This document shows, piece by piece, positions 33,054 to 46,599 of a stretch of DNA of 64,000 nucleotides. A program made the translations under genes and the position numbers. The notes under the pieces were generated by a model. It was not told the origin of the DNA, did not search any database, and saw only the letters and a program-made list of their open reading frames with translations. Every line of letters starts with the position of its first letter. The stretch's first letter is position 1. Origin of the DNA: the human T2T-CHM13v2.0 reference genome, Homo sapiens; the NCBI RefSeq assembly GCF_009914755.1, contig NC_060947.1, one strand, 5' to 3'.

Positions 33054-34397
33054 GAAACCCTACAAGCCAGAAAAGAGTGGGGGCCAATATTCAACATTCT
33101 TGAAAGAATTTTCAACCCAGAATTTCATATCCAGCCACACTAAGCTTCATAAGCGAAGGAGAAATAAAATCCTCTACAGAAAAGCAAATGCTGAGAGATT
33201 TTGTCACCACCAAGCCTGCCTTACAAGAGCTCCTGAAGTAAGCACTAAATATGGATAGGAAAAACTGATACCAGCTACTGCAAAACATACCAAATTGTAA
33301 AGGCCATTGACACCGTGAAGAAACTGCATCAACTAATGGGCAAAATAACCAGCTAGCATCATAATGACAGGATCAAATTCACAAATAACAATATTAACTT
33401 TAAATGTAAATGGGCTAAATGCCCCAATTAAAAGACACAGACTGGCGAATTGGATAAAGAGTCAAGACCCATCGGTGTGCTGTATTCAGGAGACCCATCT
33501 CATGTGCAAAGACACACATAGGCTCAAAATAAAGGGATGGAGGAATATTTACCAAGCAAATGGAAAGCAAAAAAAAAAAAAGCAGGGGTTGCAATTCTAG
33601 TTCTGATAAAAATAGACTTTAAACCAACAAAGATCAAAAAAGACAAAGAAGAGTATTACATAATGGTAAAGGGATCAATGCAACAAGAAGAGCTAACTAT
33701 CCTAAATATATATGCACCCAATACAGGAGCACCCAGATTCATGAAGCAGGTTCTTAGAGACCTACAAAGAGACTTAGACTCCCACACAATAATAGTGGGA
33801 GACTTTAACACCCCACTGTCAGTAGTAGACAGATCAATGAGACAGAAAATTAACAAGGATATTCAGGACTTGAACTCAGCTCTGGACCAAGTGGACCTAA
33901 TACACATCTACAGAACCCTCCACCCCAAATCAACAGAATATACATCCTTCTTGGTACCACATAGCACTTATTCTAAAATTGACCACTTAATTGGAAGTAA
34001 AACACTCCTAAGCAAATGAAAAGAACAGAAATCATTACAAACAGTCTCTCAGACCACAGTGCAATCAAATTAGAACTCAGGATTAAGAAACTCACTCAAA
34101 ACCACACAACTACATGGAAACTGAACAACCTGCTCCTGAATGACTACTGGGAAAATAACAAAATTAAGGCAGAAACAAGTTCTTTAAAACCAATGAGAAC
34201 AAAGACACAAGACACAACTTACCAGAATCTCTGAGACACAGCTAAAGCGGTGTTTAGAGGGAAATTTATAGCACTAAATGCCCACAGGAGAAAGCAGGAA
34301 AGATCTAAAATTGACACCCTAACATCACAATTAAAAGAACTAGAGAAGCAAGAGCAAACAAATTCAAAAGCTAGCAGAAGACAAGAAATAACTAAGA
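33054..34397 (+). mobile_element. Inverted 5' segment of the same L1: ORF1 C-terminus, inter-ORF spacer and ORF2 endonuclease domain
   Basis: MTGSNSQITILTLNVNGLN...CCIQETHL at 33364, YAPN and GDFN motifs, SDH motif. Frameshift at an A-run near 33570. Ends exactly where the minus segment begins in L1 consensus. Confidence 0.95.
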
Positions 34398-36068
34398 ATT
34401 GTTTTCTAATTTCTTTGAAGAACGCTGAAGTACAGGAAGAATAAAGAATCCTATGTGTGCATGTGTATACCCATGAAGTGAGAGTTCAACACTATGAAGT
34501 GAGAGTTCAACACTGTTTCACTGCACTTTATCGCCTTTCTTTCTAAATAAAAATACTGCACATCCATCTTTCAAGAAGTTACATTAGAATGTTATTTCAC
34601 TGTTTATAAAATGCTTTCATATGTAATCCTAAATTACCTCTGTTTTCCTTTTAAAAGCCTAACATTTCACCCTTCACAGATTGATTATTTACTTCCATTT
34701 TTGAAATTTAAAATTGTACAGTTAACTTGTTTAGACTTAATGTTTCTAAAGCAAGATTCTCGAATTCTGACATGAAATATCTTCCTACATATCTTTGTTA
34801 TTTGAGTTTTATTTTGTTTGGTTTTCCCAATGTCTGAGCAAATCTTGATTCCCATGATGACTGTTAAATTAGTATCAGTGTCTGGGTTCATCAAGAAATC
34901 TATTTAAGTTGGTCTAGAAAGAAAATATACATTAGCACATGCCAATATGATTATATATTATAATTTTTAAATGGTATAAATATAAAATGAGAAAGGCATT
35001 TAAAGAAACATGTCAAACTATGCTGCTCTAAAAAACAGAGAACACCAGCCTTAGCTTCATTGTTTAGAGGGATTGTAATACTGGAAACTCTACCTCATTG
35101 GAAGCTGGGCTTCTTCCTCACATAGCTTTGCTTTCTGCATCAAATGACATCCAATGAAATCATAAAATGGTATATAATGCCAAAGCATGCTCTAAAACCA
35201 TTGATGCTGGTGTCCCAAACATGTTTCAAGGGACTCTGCATCAAAAAAGGATAAGAATAAACCTTTGTCAAAGAAATGAAGAGAGAGGAATTGAAGGCAA
35301 GTTTGACAGGAGTGGTTTAGGGTAGGATAGACTATATTCCCCTGCAGAGATGAGCACTGTGATTCAGGGATGAAAATGATGTTTTTAACAAACTCAACCA
35401 TTTAAAAAATATTGTCACAGCAATTTGAAATTACTCTTCAAAAGTAGAAAATTTATGTGGAATTTAGTATGAAATAATACTTATCTAAATGTAGTTATAA
35501 CTGGATTCTTAATGGTCTCTAGCTGTTTTAGGCCATCCCAGAAAGAAGTTAATTTGATGGCTTAAAAGTGTCATCTTCTATTCCTGATTCTAATCATTCT
35601 GTTGAGGCTATTTTTAAATGGTGTAGATCATTGTTTTAAATGGTGTAGATCATTGTTTTGTTTTGTTTTTCCTCCTAGGATCGTTGGGTTAGGAATTTTA
35701 AGGGATCCAAAACATTATAGAGTTAATTTTTCTTGTTTGGCAGGTTATAATTACATAATTATAGACGAGAAAAAAAGAGAAGAAAAGCATGTCCCTAGTC
35801 CTGGTGATAAATAACATATTGGAATATTTTATTTCAATTCAGACAACTTCATTTATTCATTAAATAGTAAAATTAAAGTCAATCTAGATTATGTGTCAGA
35901 TAATTTACAAAGCATTACTATAGCTGTAAAGACTTTAAATATAATCAACATATTTTGAAAATAGTTCCCATTTTCAAATTAATAAAGTGTGCTGAGGAGT
36001 CCTTCTTCCAGAATTTCTTGAAAGAAGAAATTCTGCATGAGGTTAAGTCATGAATGGAAACTACTTTT

Positions 36069-36402
<334 letters not shown>

Positions 36403-36424
36403 TAAGCTAGAAGTCTCTTTATGC

Positions 36425-37435
36425 ATGTGGCAGGCAAAATGTAAGATGGACCCCAATGATCTCTCCACTTGTATTCTTAGATTTGTGTATTTCCTTCCCT
36501 TTTAGTTTGGGTGGGGCCTGTGACTTGCTTTCTAACCAATAAAATGTGGTAAAGGTGACGGGATGTCCATCCATCATTATGTTACATGAGATTGTAGCTT
36601 TCATCATGTCAGCAGACTCCCTCCCTTGCTGGCTCTGATGAAGCAAGTTGCCACGTTGGTGAGATGGGGAGATCCACATGGCAAGGAACTGAGAGTGGCC
36701 TCAAGCCAACTACCCACAAGGAACTGAGGCCCTTGGTCCAACAGCCTAAAGAGGATTTTCATCATGCCAAAAATCACTGAAGTGAGTTTGGAAGTGAATC
36801 CTTCCCAAACGAGCTCCCATATGGGACCCCAGCCCTGGCCAAAACATTGCAGCCTCAAGAGAGAACATGAAAAAGATGACCAAGCTAAGCCATGCTTATA
36901 TTTCTAACTCACATGAACTGTGAGATAATAAGTGGGTATTGTTTTAAGCAACTAGCTTTCTGGGCTTTCTGGGAATTTGTTATGCAACACTAGGTAACTG
37001 ATAAAGCTAATGTCTATGGTCGGCAGAATAATGATCGCCTGAAAAATGTCCTCATACTAATTTCCAGAGTCTGTGACTTTCTTTGCATATATGATTAAGT
37101 CAGAGATGAGATGATTATCTTTGATTATCCAGGTGGACCCAATATAATCACTAGTCCTTTTAAGTTAAAGAGGAAGTGAAAGTCAGGGAAAGATTTGAAG
37201 ATGATACTGCTGGTTTTGAAGATGAAGGAAGGGACCATGAGCCAAGGAATACAGGCAGCCTCTAGAAGTTGAAAAGTCTTTAGAATGAGTGCAGCCCAGC
37301 TGACACCTTGATTTTAGCCCAGCAAAACTCATTAGAGACTTCTGACTTCCAGAAATATAAGATAGTACATTTGCATCATGTTTAAGCCACTAAGTTTGTG
37401 GTAATTCGTTATAGCAGCCATAGGAATCTAATACA
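36425..37435 (+). mobile_element. Two adjacent MLT1-type MaLR LTRs (~36425-37003 and ~37012-37435)
   Basis: Each has an MLT1 start (tgtggcaggcaaaat / tatggtcggcagaataat) and end (ttgttttaagc...tttgttatgcaacac / gtaattcgttatagcagccataggaatctaataca). Confidence 0.8.
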
Positions 37436-37783
37436 GGGTCTATGCTTATTAGCATCAAGGATGACTAACAAGAGTCCTTCTCCAGGGCCTTGCCTGCTCC
37501 TAACAGCTACTGCACTGAAGCGGTGCATATCAGCTTCCCTTTCCAGAGTGAACAAATAAATTCAGTGCCACTGAGCATTGCTCTAGAGAAAATTAGCATT
37601 TGTCCCACAGCCTTATGGGCCTATTCATTCTCCCACCCAACCTACCACCTTACAGTTTTTTGTCTGACAATTATCCCTCATTCTCTTGTTTACTGTTTTA
37701 TTGTTTCATCTCAAGATTCTAAGCCTCCCTGTCTTAGTCAAAGGGTGTTTGGACTCAAATAATATGATCTAATCAAACCAGTT

Positions 37784-39224
37784 CATCATGCTAACTGACT
37801 TCAAACTATACTACAAGGCTAGAGTAATAAAAACAGCATGGTACTGGTACCAAAATGGATATATAGACCAATGCAACAGAACAGAGGCCTCAGAAATAAC
37901 ACCACACATCTACAACCATCTGATCTTTAACAAACCTGACAAAAACAAGCAATGGGGAAAGGATTCCCTATTTAATAAATGGTGTTGGGAAAACTGGCTA
38001 GCCACATGCAGAAAGCTCAAACTGGATCCCTTCCACCTTATACAAAAATGAACTCAAGATGGATTAAAGACTTAAACGTAAGACCTAAAACCATAAAAAC
38101 CCTAGTAGAAAACCTAGGCAATAACATTCCGGACATTGGAATGGGGAAAGGCTTCATGACTAAAACACCAAAAGCAATGGCTACGAAAGCCAAAATTGAC
38201 AAATGGGATCTGATTAAACTAAAGAGCTTCTGCACAGCAAAAGAAACTACCATCAGAGTGAACAGGCAACCTACAGAATGAGAGAAAATTCTTGCAATCT
38301 ATTCACCTGACAAAGGGCTAATATCCAGAATCTACAAGGAACTTAAACAGATTTACAAGAAAAAAACAAACAACTCCATCAAAAAGTGGGCGAAGGATAT
38401 GAACAAACACTTCTCAAAAGAAGATATTTATGCGGCCAACAAACATGACAAAAGCTCATCATCACTGGTCATTAGAGAAATGCAAATCAAAACCACAATG
38501 AGATACCATCTCATACCAGTTAGAATGGCGATCATTAAAAAGTCAGGAAACAACAAATGCTGGAGAGGATGTGGAGAAATAGGAATGCTTTTACACTGTT
38601 GGTGGGAGTGTAAATTAGTTCAACCATTGTGGAAGACAGTGTGGTGATTCCTCAAGGGTCAGAACTAGAAATACCATTTGACCCAGCAATCCCATTACTG
38701 AGTATATACCCAAAGGATTATAAATCATTCTACTATAAAGAAACATGCACACGTATGTTTATTGTGGCACCATTCACAATACCAAAGACTTGGAACCAAC
38801 CCAAATGCCCATCAATGATAGACTGGATAAAGAAAATGTGGCACATATACACCATGGAATACTATGCAGCCATAGAAAAGGATGAGTTCATGTCCTTTGC
38901 AGGGACATGGATGAAGCTGCAAACCATCATTCTCAGCAAACTAACACAAGAGCAGAAAACCAAATACCGCATGTTATCACTCATAAGTGGGAGTTGAATA
39001 ATGAGAACACATGGACACAGGGAGGGGAACATCACACACCAGGGCCTGTTGGGTGGTGGGGGGCTAGGGGAGGGATAGCATTAGGAGAAATACCTAATGT
39101 AAATGACAGATTGATGGGTGCAGCAAACCACCATGGTACGTGTATACCTATGTAACAAACCTGCATGTTCTGCACATATACCCCAGAACTTAAAGTATAA
39201 TAAAAAATAAATAAATAAATAAAT
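37784..39224 (+). mobile_element. 5'-truncated L1PA (L1PA7-like), ORF2 C-terminus + 3'UTR + (TAAA)n tail
   Basis: ORF fragments 37788..38051, 37979..38281, 38399..38647 and 38629..38997 match L1 ORF2. 3'UTR is near-identical in type to that at 29680-29890. Confidence 0.97.
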
Positions 39225-41667
39225 AGAAGTTGGGAATAAGTAGAGCACGCAGGTCTTGGAGGGTGCAATCATAAGACAACTATATTCTTTCCCCGCATTG
39301 TCCACTTATAACAGCTCCCCAGGGCCAGTTCCTCCAAGCCCTCAACAAAATCTCAGGTAGTTCCCATAAACATATTGAACAGGTTCAGAAAGTTATCCAG
39401 TCACTTGTACACTTGTAATCACAATTAACACTTGATTGTCATGTAATAGTCAAAACTTCCAACTCCACAAAATTCCTCCTTTTTGCCTAGTTCAGGCCTA
39501 GGAAGCCTGCAGTGGGTTAAGGGGCATTGTCAATGTTTTCTCTACTGCCCCAGCATTCAGCTCCTTCCAGATTGAAATGAGGCCAAGATGGTGAGGTAAA
39601 AGGCAAGAAAGTTCTCACTTGATTGGCACCAGTGTAATCCAGCATTACTTTCTTCTGTCCGTGGAAGGTGATGTTGGTGGACTCTTTCCTTGTGTTTGCT
39701 TTCATGGATTCCTGGAAGATTTCTTTGTTGAGTTACTCCTATTGCAGCCCGCTTGTGTCAGGCAGAAACCAAGGGCGGGCTATGCTCAGTGCTCCTTGGA
39801 TTCTGTATATTTCTGCGAAGGCCCTCTCATCCCTCAAAGTAGCTCAGTTGATCAGGAGGTCCCAGGCCAATGTTTCTACTGCATCTTCCAAGAGTCTCAT
39901 ACTTTGGGCCTGCCTCAGTGTAAGGGTAGTAACTGCACAAATGTAGCCTCTGCTCTTTGAGCATGTGCTGCTTCTGACAGCCTCTTCCTGCTGCCTTTTT
40001 TTTCAGTTTGTAATGAAGATATGAGTCAGATCCCAAGATGAGTAAGGGGTAAGGGTTCCAAACTCTGGTTTTCAACACCTTTGAAAATCTTGCGGCACCC
40101 TTCTTTGGCATGTGGGAATGATTGGCATGTATTGGCATGGGGCCTCAGCTGATTCTGTCTCAGTTCATCTTAGCACCCTGTAACATATGAACACATATGG
40201 CTTCCATCTTTTTTTCCACCTAGGTTTGGATTAGGAGTCCTAAGGGATCTGTAGTGCTATGGAGTTAATTCTTCTCTGGAAGATGATGATTATGTACTTA
40301 AGATGAGAGAAAACAAAAGTAAAAGCTCTTTCTCAGAATGATGATCGATATCCTGCTGAGATCATTTATGTGAATGATTTTATTTCTAGCAAAATGGTGA
40401 ACAACCAGCCCTCAGGAATGGTGGAAACCAGGACTGTTCAGGGGATTACTGGCATCTGTAATGTTTACTCTGGTGCTCAGTCGTGAATGTGACTTGGCTC
40501 CCAACTCTCTTAGTCTCTGTGTCTCTAAGTTCTGATTCTGGAGAAAGGATATCTGATTGGCTCATTCCAACATTCAGGTCCAATGAGCTGGGCCCATTGC
40601 TTGCTCCTGAGGACTCTGGGATCAGACTCAGACAGGACAAGCCAGGCAGGGCAGATAGTTCCACTAACATGGCTACCACGCTCACACATTCTTTGGTCAA
40701 TGGGGTTATAGAGCATTTCTTATCTGATAAACGTTTCTTGTTGCCTGTGAACGAGGAAAACTTGAACAAAAACTAAGAAACAGTGCTTTGTTTCTGTTTG
40801 TGCTGCTTTCCACATATTTGTCTCATATCTGTTATCCTGGAGATGGACACCCAGTTTGCCTCTGACACTTCACCCCCATGCATTCTGCTGCAAGTAACAT
40901 CCTCATCCACCTCCCCTTAAAGGCTAGCAGCAGAATTTTTGGGGGGATATAAAACCAGAGTTGACTGGCTTGGTCATGGTGCTTGTGACACTGAAGTTGA
41001 CCTATTGAAGCTAGATTGCTTCCCCAAACTGCTACACGTGTGTATATTCCCACCAGCAATGCAGATCCTTCATCTTATGCACTGAATTCTCATTTGATTG
41101 CACTGTTGCTCTGTCCACTGCAGTCATTGGGCTCCCTGCCAGCCTTGGTGACTGGGAACTTGTGGGAGCAGACTGGCCACCATCAGCACTGTGCTACCTT
41201 CCTGCCCCCACCAGCACCATCATCCTAAGTGTTCAGAGTCTTCCTGGAGTTTTAGTTCTATTACTCCTTTCCCTGCCCTCTTGATTCCTCTCTTCCCCTA
41301 CCCCACTCCCCAACTACATGGTCCAGCCCAGCCAGAGTGAGTGGGCCGAGCCACAAATCAGTTAGTGCTAGAAGTGTGATTTGCAGTGACTTCTTCCAGG
41401 GAACAGCCTTGCAAAAGATCTCCTTCCCCTTACTTATGTGGGCAATAAATCAGAAAAGCAGGTAATTAATTACAACCTAAAGTAGAAAAAATCAGCTCTT
41501 CTTCAACAAAATGGCAACTGACCTTTCTCCTAGTCATGATTTAAAAAAGAACAAAGAAGGGAAGAAAGAAAAACTATTATAATCCATAATATGATTTTTC
41601 CTCAAGGGTTTGAGTTACGTGGAGGGAATTAGATAAACCATTATATTACATTGTTCTGCTTTTAGCC

Positions 41668-41684
41668 ATGAAGTGCGGCCTATT
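41668..41684 (+). CDS. Candidate coding part of an alternative start exon (MKCGL-L), in frame with exon 42330
   Basis: gccATG Kozak context, 5 codons + TT, then donor GTGAGT. The phase-2 end matches the phase-2 start of exon 42330. In-frame upstream stop at 41611-41613. Inference only. Confidence 0.4.
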
Positions 41685-42329
41685 GTGAGTAATATTTCCC
41701 AACCGGTGCCTGTCTGAAATATTTATCAGCCCAGGGTCCTAGCATTGTGACCAGGGACTTACTAAGCCACACAGTATGGGAACCGATGTTTGCTGGGATG
41801 CTATTTTTTTCATAAGAAACCTACAATAACATTTTTGTCTCTGGATGCTGATCCTGAGAGGTAATGACGTTCCATGAACTGACAGAATTTTTAAAAATCT
41901 CTTCCCCTGACAGAAAACTACAGAGAAATTTTTAAGCAGCAAAGAAAAATAGGCTAAAGGAAAATCAGAAGGAGAGAATCAATTCTGAGAGCAGCAAAAA
42001 ATATAGAGATTTGGGTGATGCTTCTAAAACTGTTCTTCCCTTCCTGGGTTTTATTTTAAGGTCCTGCTGTTTGACAGCACAGATAATATTGCCCAATGTA
42101 AACTTACTAGGAAGCTTTCAATTGGGCAGTTTGTTAAACTCAGGAAACGCTTCATTTTGGCTTTTGTGTGGTCTGAAAGCCTACATCTGAGCTATTTGGT
42201 TTACTCTATCCTGGGAGTCCAGGGAGCATTCACTAACGCATCACACATTTTGTTTTGAAAGAAAACTCTTACTAGTTAGAGTCCGGGCTCAGTGCATATC
42301 ATAAATATGTTTGTTTTTCTCTCTTACAG

Positions 42330-42375
42330 AAGCTGCAAAGAATCGATACTCCTCACTGTCATTCAGCCTTACCCT
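42330..42375 (+). CDS. FRMPD4: FRMPD4 internal coding exon (46 nt; (R)[15 protein letters not shown], C-terminal end of PDZ domain; probably exon 5)
   Basis: Acceptor ttttctctcttacAG, donor GTAAGT. Phase 2 in, phase 0 out. Joins in frame to the 50950 exon, and the peptide matches my recollection of FRMPD4. Confidence 0.9.
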
Positions 42376-42909
42376 GTAAGTGTTCTGTGAATAAAAGTGC
42401 CACTTAATGTTCTCAGGCTTCTTGTTTCTTCTGCCCACTCCAGTAAAACCATAATGATGAATAACAGCAGAGAAAAATAACATGCACTCACAATATGGGT
42501 TCAAAAATCTTGACTATTTTTGTAATTTATACTCCATGTTAGCAAAGTCATTCATTGAAGAGAAAAGGGAGTAATACATTTTCTAAAGTTCTTGAAAGAC
42601 AACCAGCTATTCCAGTCCTATGCAATGGTCACATTTGTAAATGACACTAAATTCAAGACCTTCTTATGCTTTTCAGCTTAAGAAACACAAATCTCATGAG
42701 ACTATCTAATTGTAGGAGGTCGATGCATGATTGTTATTCTTATCCCCATCTATTTGGCAGAGAACTGGATATTTTAGCAAAGCCTGCTTTAAGAATAGAT
42801 GTTATATGACATATGGTGTCAGAATTCGATTTCAGCTATCATGGTTAGGAGGGTGGAAAGTGATTTAAAAACTGGACAGTTCTTGTGATTTAAAAAAAAA
42901 AAAAAAAAC

Positions 42910-43150
42910 GACTTTATCATGGTATAATCTGCGTACCATAAAATTCATCCATTTTCAGTGTACAGTTCTATGGTCTTCATAAAATCCACTGAGGTATGCA
43001 ACGATCACCCCATCCAGTTGGAGGACATTTCCATCCCCCCAATAAGATCCCTGTTCCCATTTACAATTAATCCCTGTTGCCACACTCAGTCCTAGGCAAC
43101 CGCTAATTTCCTTTCTATTTGTATAGACTTGCCACTGCTTGCAAATTTCA
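42910..43150 (-). mobile_element. L1MB/MC-type 3' end fragment
   Basis: ggtataatctgcgtaccataaaattcatccattttcagtgtacagttc...ctaggcaaccgctaat. Confidence 0.65.
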
Positions 43151-44518
43151 TACGTTGTCAGTTGAACTAAAAATTACCGAGGCAAATTCCTTTAGATTTT
43201 TCCCAAAATGGTTCCTGTCAGTCTGGCCTTCGTAAGGAGTGGCAGCGATTCCAGCCTGCTTAAGCTCCTATTTTCTTCCCCATAGAGTTGGAGCATTTCT
43301 ATATCAATTAAAGTGCTCTGGTATTTGCTGATCTCCATCTTCTGACCAAACTCTTCATTTCCCCTGTCCCAGAATTTTTCCCCTAAGCTCTGTGGGCTAG
43401 GCATTTTAGACAGGAAATAATAAGGATCAGGATTCTGATAAGACCACAAATAGAACTAACCAAGACAACAAATTATGCCATCTTACTATGCATATTTATA
43501 TTAAAAGCTCAGTTTAATATTGACTGTCACTGTTAACTCCATCTCTTTGACAGAACTTACACACATACACATACATTGGGATTTGAAAACTAAGGAGGCC
43601 CCAGGATGTTAGAGAACCACGACTTGAGATCTAGCTCACAGCAGTATAACAAACGAGTCAGCAGTGACTACCATAGCTGCTCAGAACCTTGGTCTCCCCA
43701 ACTGTCTGATTCCGAGATTCCTTCCATGTGCTTCTATAAAAAATACAGCTGGGCTGTTTTTAGATTGTTTTGGTTAATCAAATTGTCATTTTCACTTACT
43801 TCACATCTATCCACATTTCTTGATTTATTTGCAGTGGACAAATTCATTTGGGTAAAGCCAATGTAAATGTCTATAATAAGCATCGAACAACTATAAATTG
43901 AGATTGAACAACTATAAATTCCTGATGGAACTTCACGTTTGCATTGTCATTCCTGAATTCTCTTTCTATATTTTATAATCTATTAGAAATGCAAGATCAG
44001 GCAGGACCTTTGTGTTTTGTTTTTTGTTTGTTTGTTTGTTTGTTTTGCAATGTGGGATACTGTTTTACCTCATGCAGTAAACTTAGAAAAAGAAAGAAGA
44101 GTTTTACATGTAAGTTTATGGTTGTGTCTTGTGGCTTTACTTGCTGTTTGCCACTGGAGTCCATGTGACTTGTTATTCATTTGAATATTGATTACTATCA
44201 GTGAATCATGGCACTTCCTTTTAACAGATAATCTGGAATTTTCTAGGAGTTCCGATGGCTCTTGCCGTTGTGCTACATTGAAAGGCAACACTTAGCCACA
44301 ATATTCAGGAGGAAGTGTCACATGTTCTTATAGCCAACAGCTGTACCTCTGCTCCAGAGTCACTTTCCCCTTGCCCAATCACCGCAGATAAATTCTCATC
44401 TTTGACTTTCCTTTGACCACTCTCCTTTGAGAAATGACTCCAGTCCCACCACCTCCTCGGCCTCGCTAAATAAATCCTTCTCACCTTTCAAGTCTCAGGC
44501 CAAATTATAAATGCTACC

Positions 44519-44735
44519 TCAAGGTTTTTCAACCTTGGTTTTGTTGACATTTGAACTGGAGAGTTCTCTGTTATGGGGACACGTCCTGTGCATTGTAGGA
44601 TGTTTAGCAGCGTCCCTGGCCTGTACCTACTAGATGCCAGTAGCATCCTCTCCCCAAGTTGTGACAAACCAAAATGTCTCCAAACATTACCAAATGTCCC
44701 TTGGGAGCAAAATTACTCCCAGCTGAGAACCACTG
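44519..44735. mobile_element. MER20 hAT MITE
   Basis: cctgtgcattgtaggatgtttagcagcgtccctggcctgtacctactagatgccagtagca...tgagaaccactg. Confidence 0.85.
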
Positions 44736-46010
44736 TCCCACCTAAAGTCTTCCCTTTACTGTTCAAATCCCAAATGGCTTTTCTCTCCTCCGAGGTGTGG
44801 AAGTTGAAATTAAAGAATTAAAACCCCAAAGTTTCTTAAATGGATATCAGACATGGAGAGGAGAGCAGATGGGAAAAAACAAGACTGCAATCTTTTACTT
44901 ATATTTTTGGGTTTGGATTTTACTACAAGCAAGTTGCTTTTTGTAAAAAAAAAAAAAAAAAATACTTATTGAGTTTCATTTATTTGTTAAACATCTTCTT
45001 GGCAATCAAGACTGACAAACAGAAACGGATGACCCAGCAGACCAAAAGAAAGTCCATAAGTTCTACTTTTATTACAGACAATAAAAATTAGCATTTTAAT
45101 TTCTTTTGCAACTTGCTGGACAGCATTTTTAATGTTGTATTTCTTCTGCATAAGGTCCAGTAAAGATAGAGAGCCAATGTTTATACCTTCCGGCCACATT
45201 CCACATGTGCCCAGGGTACCTCAACATGACCCAACTGCAGAAATTGATCTCCAATGAGACCTAGGTCAAGGGGGAATGGGGGTGAGAGTCTTGGGATCCC
45301 TGAAATTCTTTGATAAGAAGTAATTCTTAATAGGTTGCTGCATTTTTTAAAAAAAGTATTATGGTAGGCTTTCCCCACCACCACGATTTTTACTGTTTTT
45401 CTTGGGAAAAAAAATACTAAGTGGAAGTATAGAAAGAAATACAGATGCAGAAAAATGTGTTGGCAAACTTTTCCCGCAGAGACAACCAGTGTAAACATTT
45501 TGACCTATTTCCTTCCAGTCTTTTTTTCTATGCCTTAGTTGAGATCATATTGTACATATAATTTTATTCTGCCTCTTTTACTAAATATATCATAAACATT
45601 TCCTATGTCATCAAAAACTCTTTATAAGCATCACTTAAATGGCTGCAAAACATTACACTGAACCAAGATTTCCTTAACCAACCCCCATCACTGGGCCTTT
45701 CACATCGTCTTTATTGTTTTGCTATTATAAATAATTCCGAAAAGAAAATCTTTATGTGTAAGTCTTAATCTGTAGTTAGTATTTCCCCAGGATGGAATTT
45801 TAGAAGGGGAATTTCTGGGTTACTCATGGGTTTTATTTGTTTGGCTCCGATATACCGTCTTCTTTCCTTGTACTGTTACCCTTTTTTATTATAGATCTTT
45901 CATTGGCCAGCTCCTTCCTTTTTTCCTTTGACTCTGCTTTCTACAGTTTCCAAGTCTAGAATTCCAAAGCCAATCTTACCTGAGACAGAGAGTATTTAAA
46001 GAGTTTCTAC

Positions 46011-46302
<292 letters not shown>

Positions 46303-46599
46303 AAAGAGTTTCTACAACTTCCCCTCATGCAACCCCAACTCAATGGGACTTGAGCTAAGTCATTCTCTCAGTTCTGGTGTCCCATGAGCTAGCATAATTC
46401 ACATTCCTTTAGGTTTCTTCTAGTCCAAAGAGCTGAGGGACCCGCTTTCCTGCCTCCAACTTCCTAACTACATTTTACTGTGTTCCACACAGCTGAGAGA
46501 GGCTACACACCTCCTCATGGAAACCCCAGTGTAGCACATTCTATCAGAGCCCAGACCATATGTCATGCTGAGCATACCAGCCCAATTTCCAATGGAGAA

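Noticed and set aside
39517-39900. Minus-strand frame (MRLLEDAVETLAWDLL...ITFHGQKKVMLDYT) with vague resemblance to LINE ORF1 C-termini
   Set aside because: Three stops in ~128 codons is not convincingly below chance, and I recognise no definite motif. Only a profile-HMM hit would revive it.
44987-45199. ORF with KKYNIKNAVQQVA, loosely like a Tigger/pogo transposase segment
   Set aside because: Similarity limited to a few residues, with no TIRs or DDE motifs seen.
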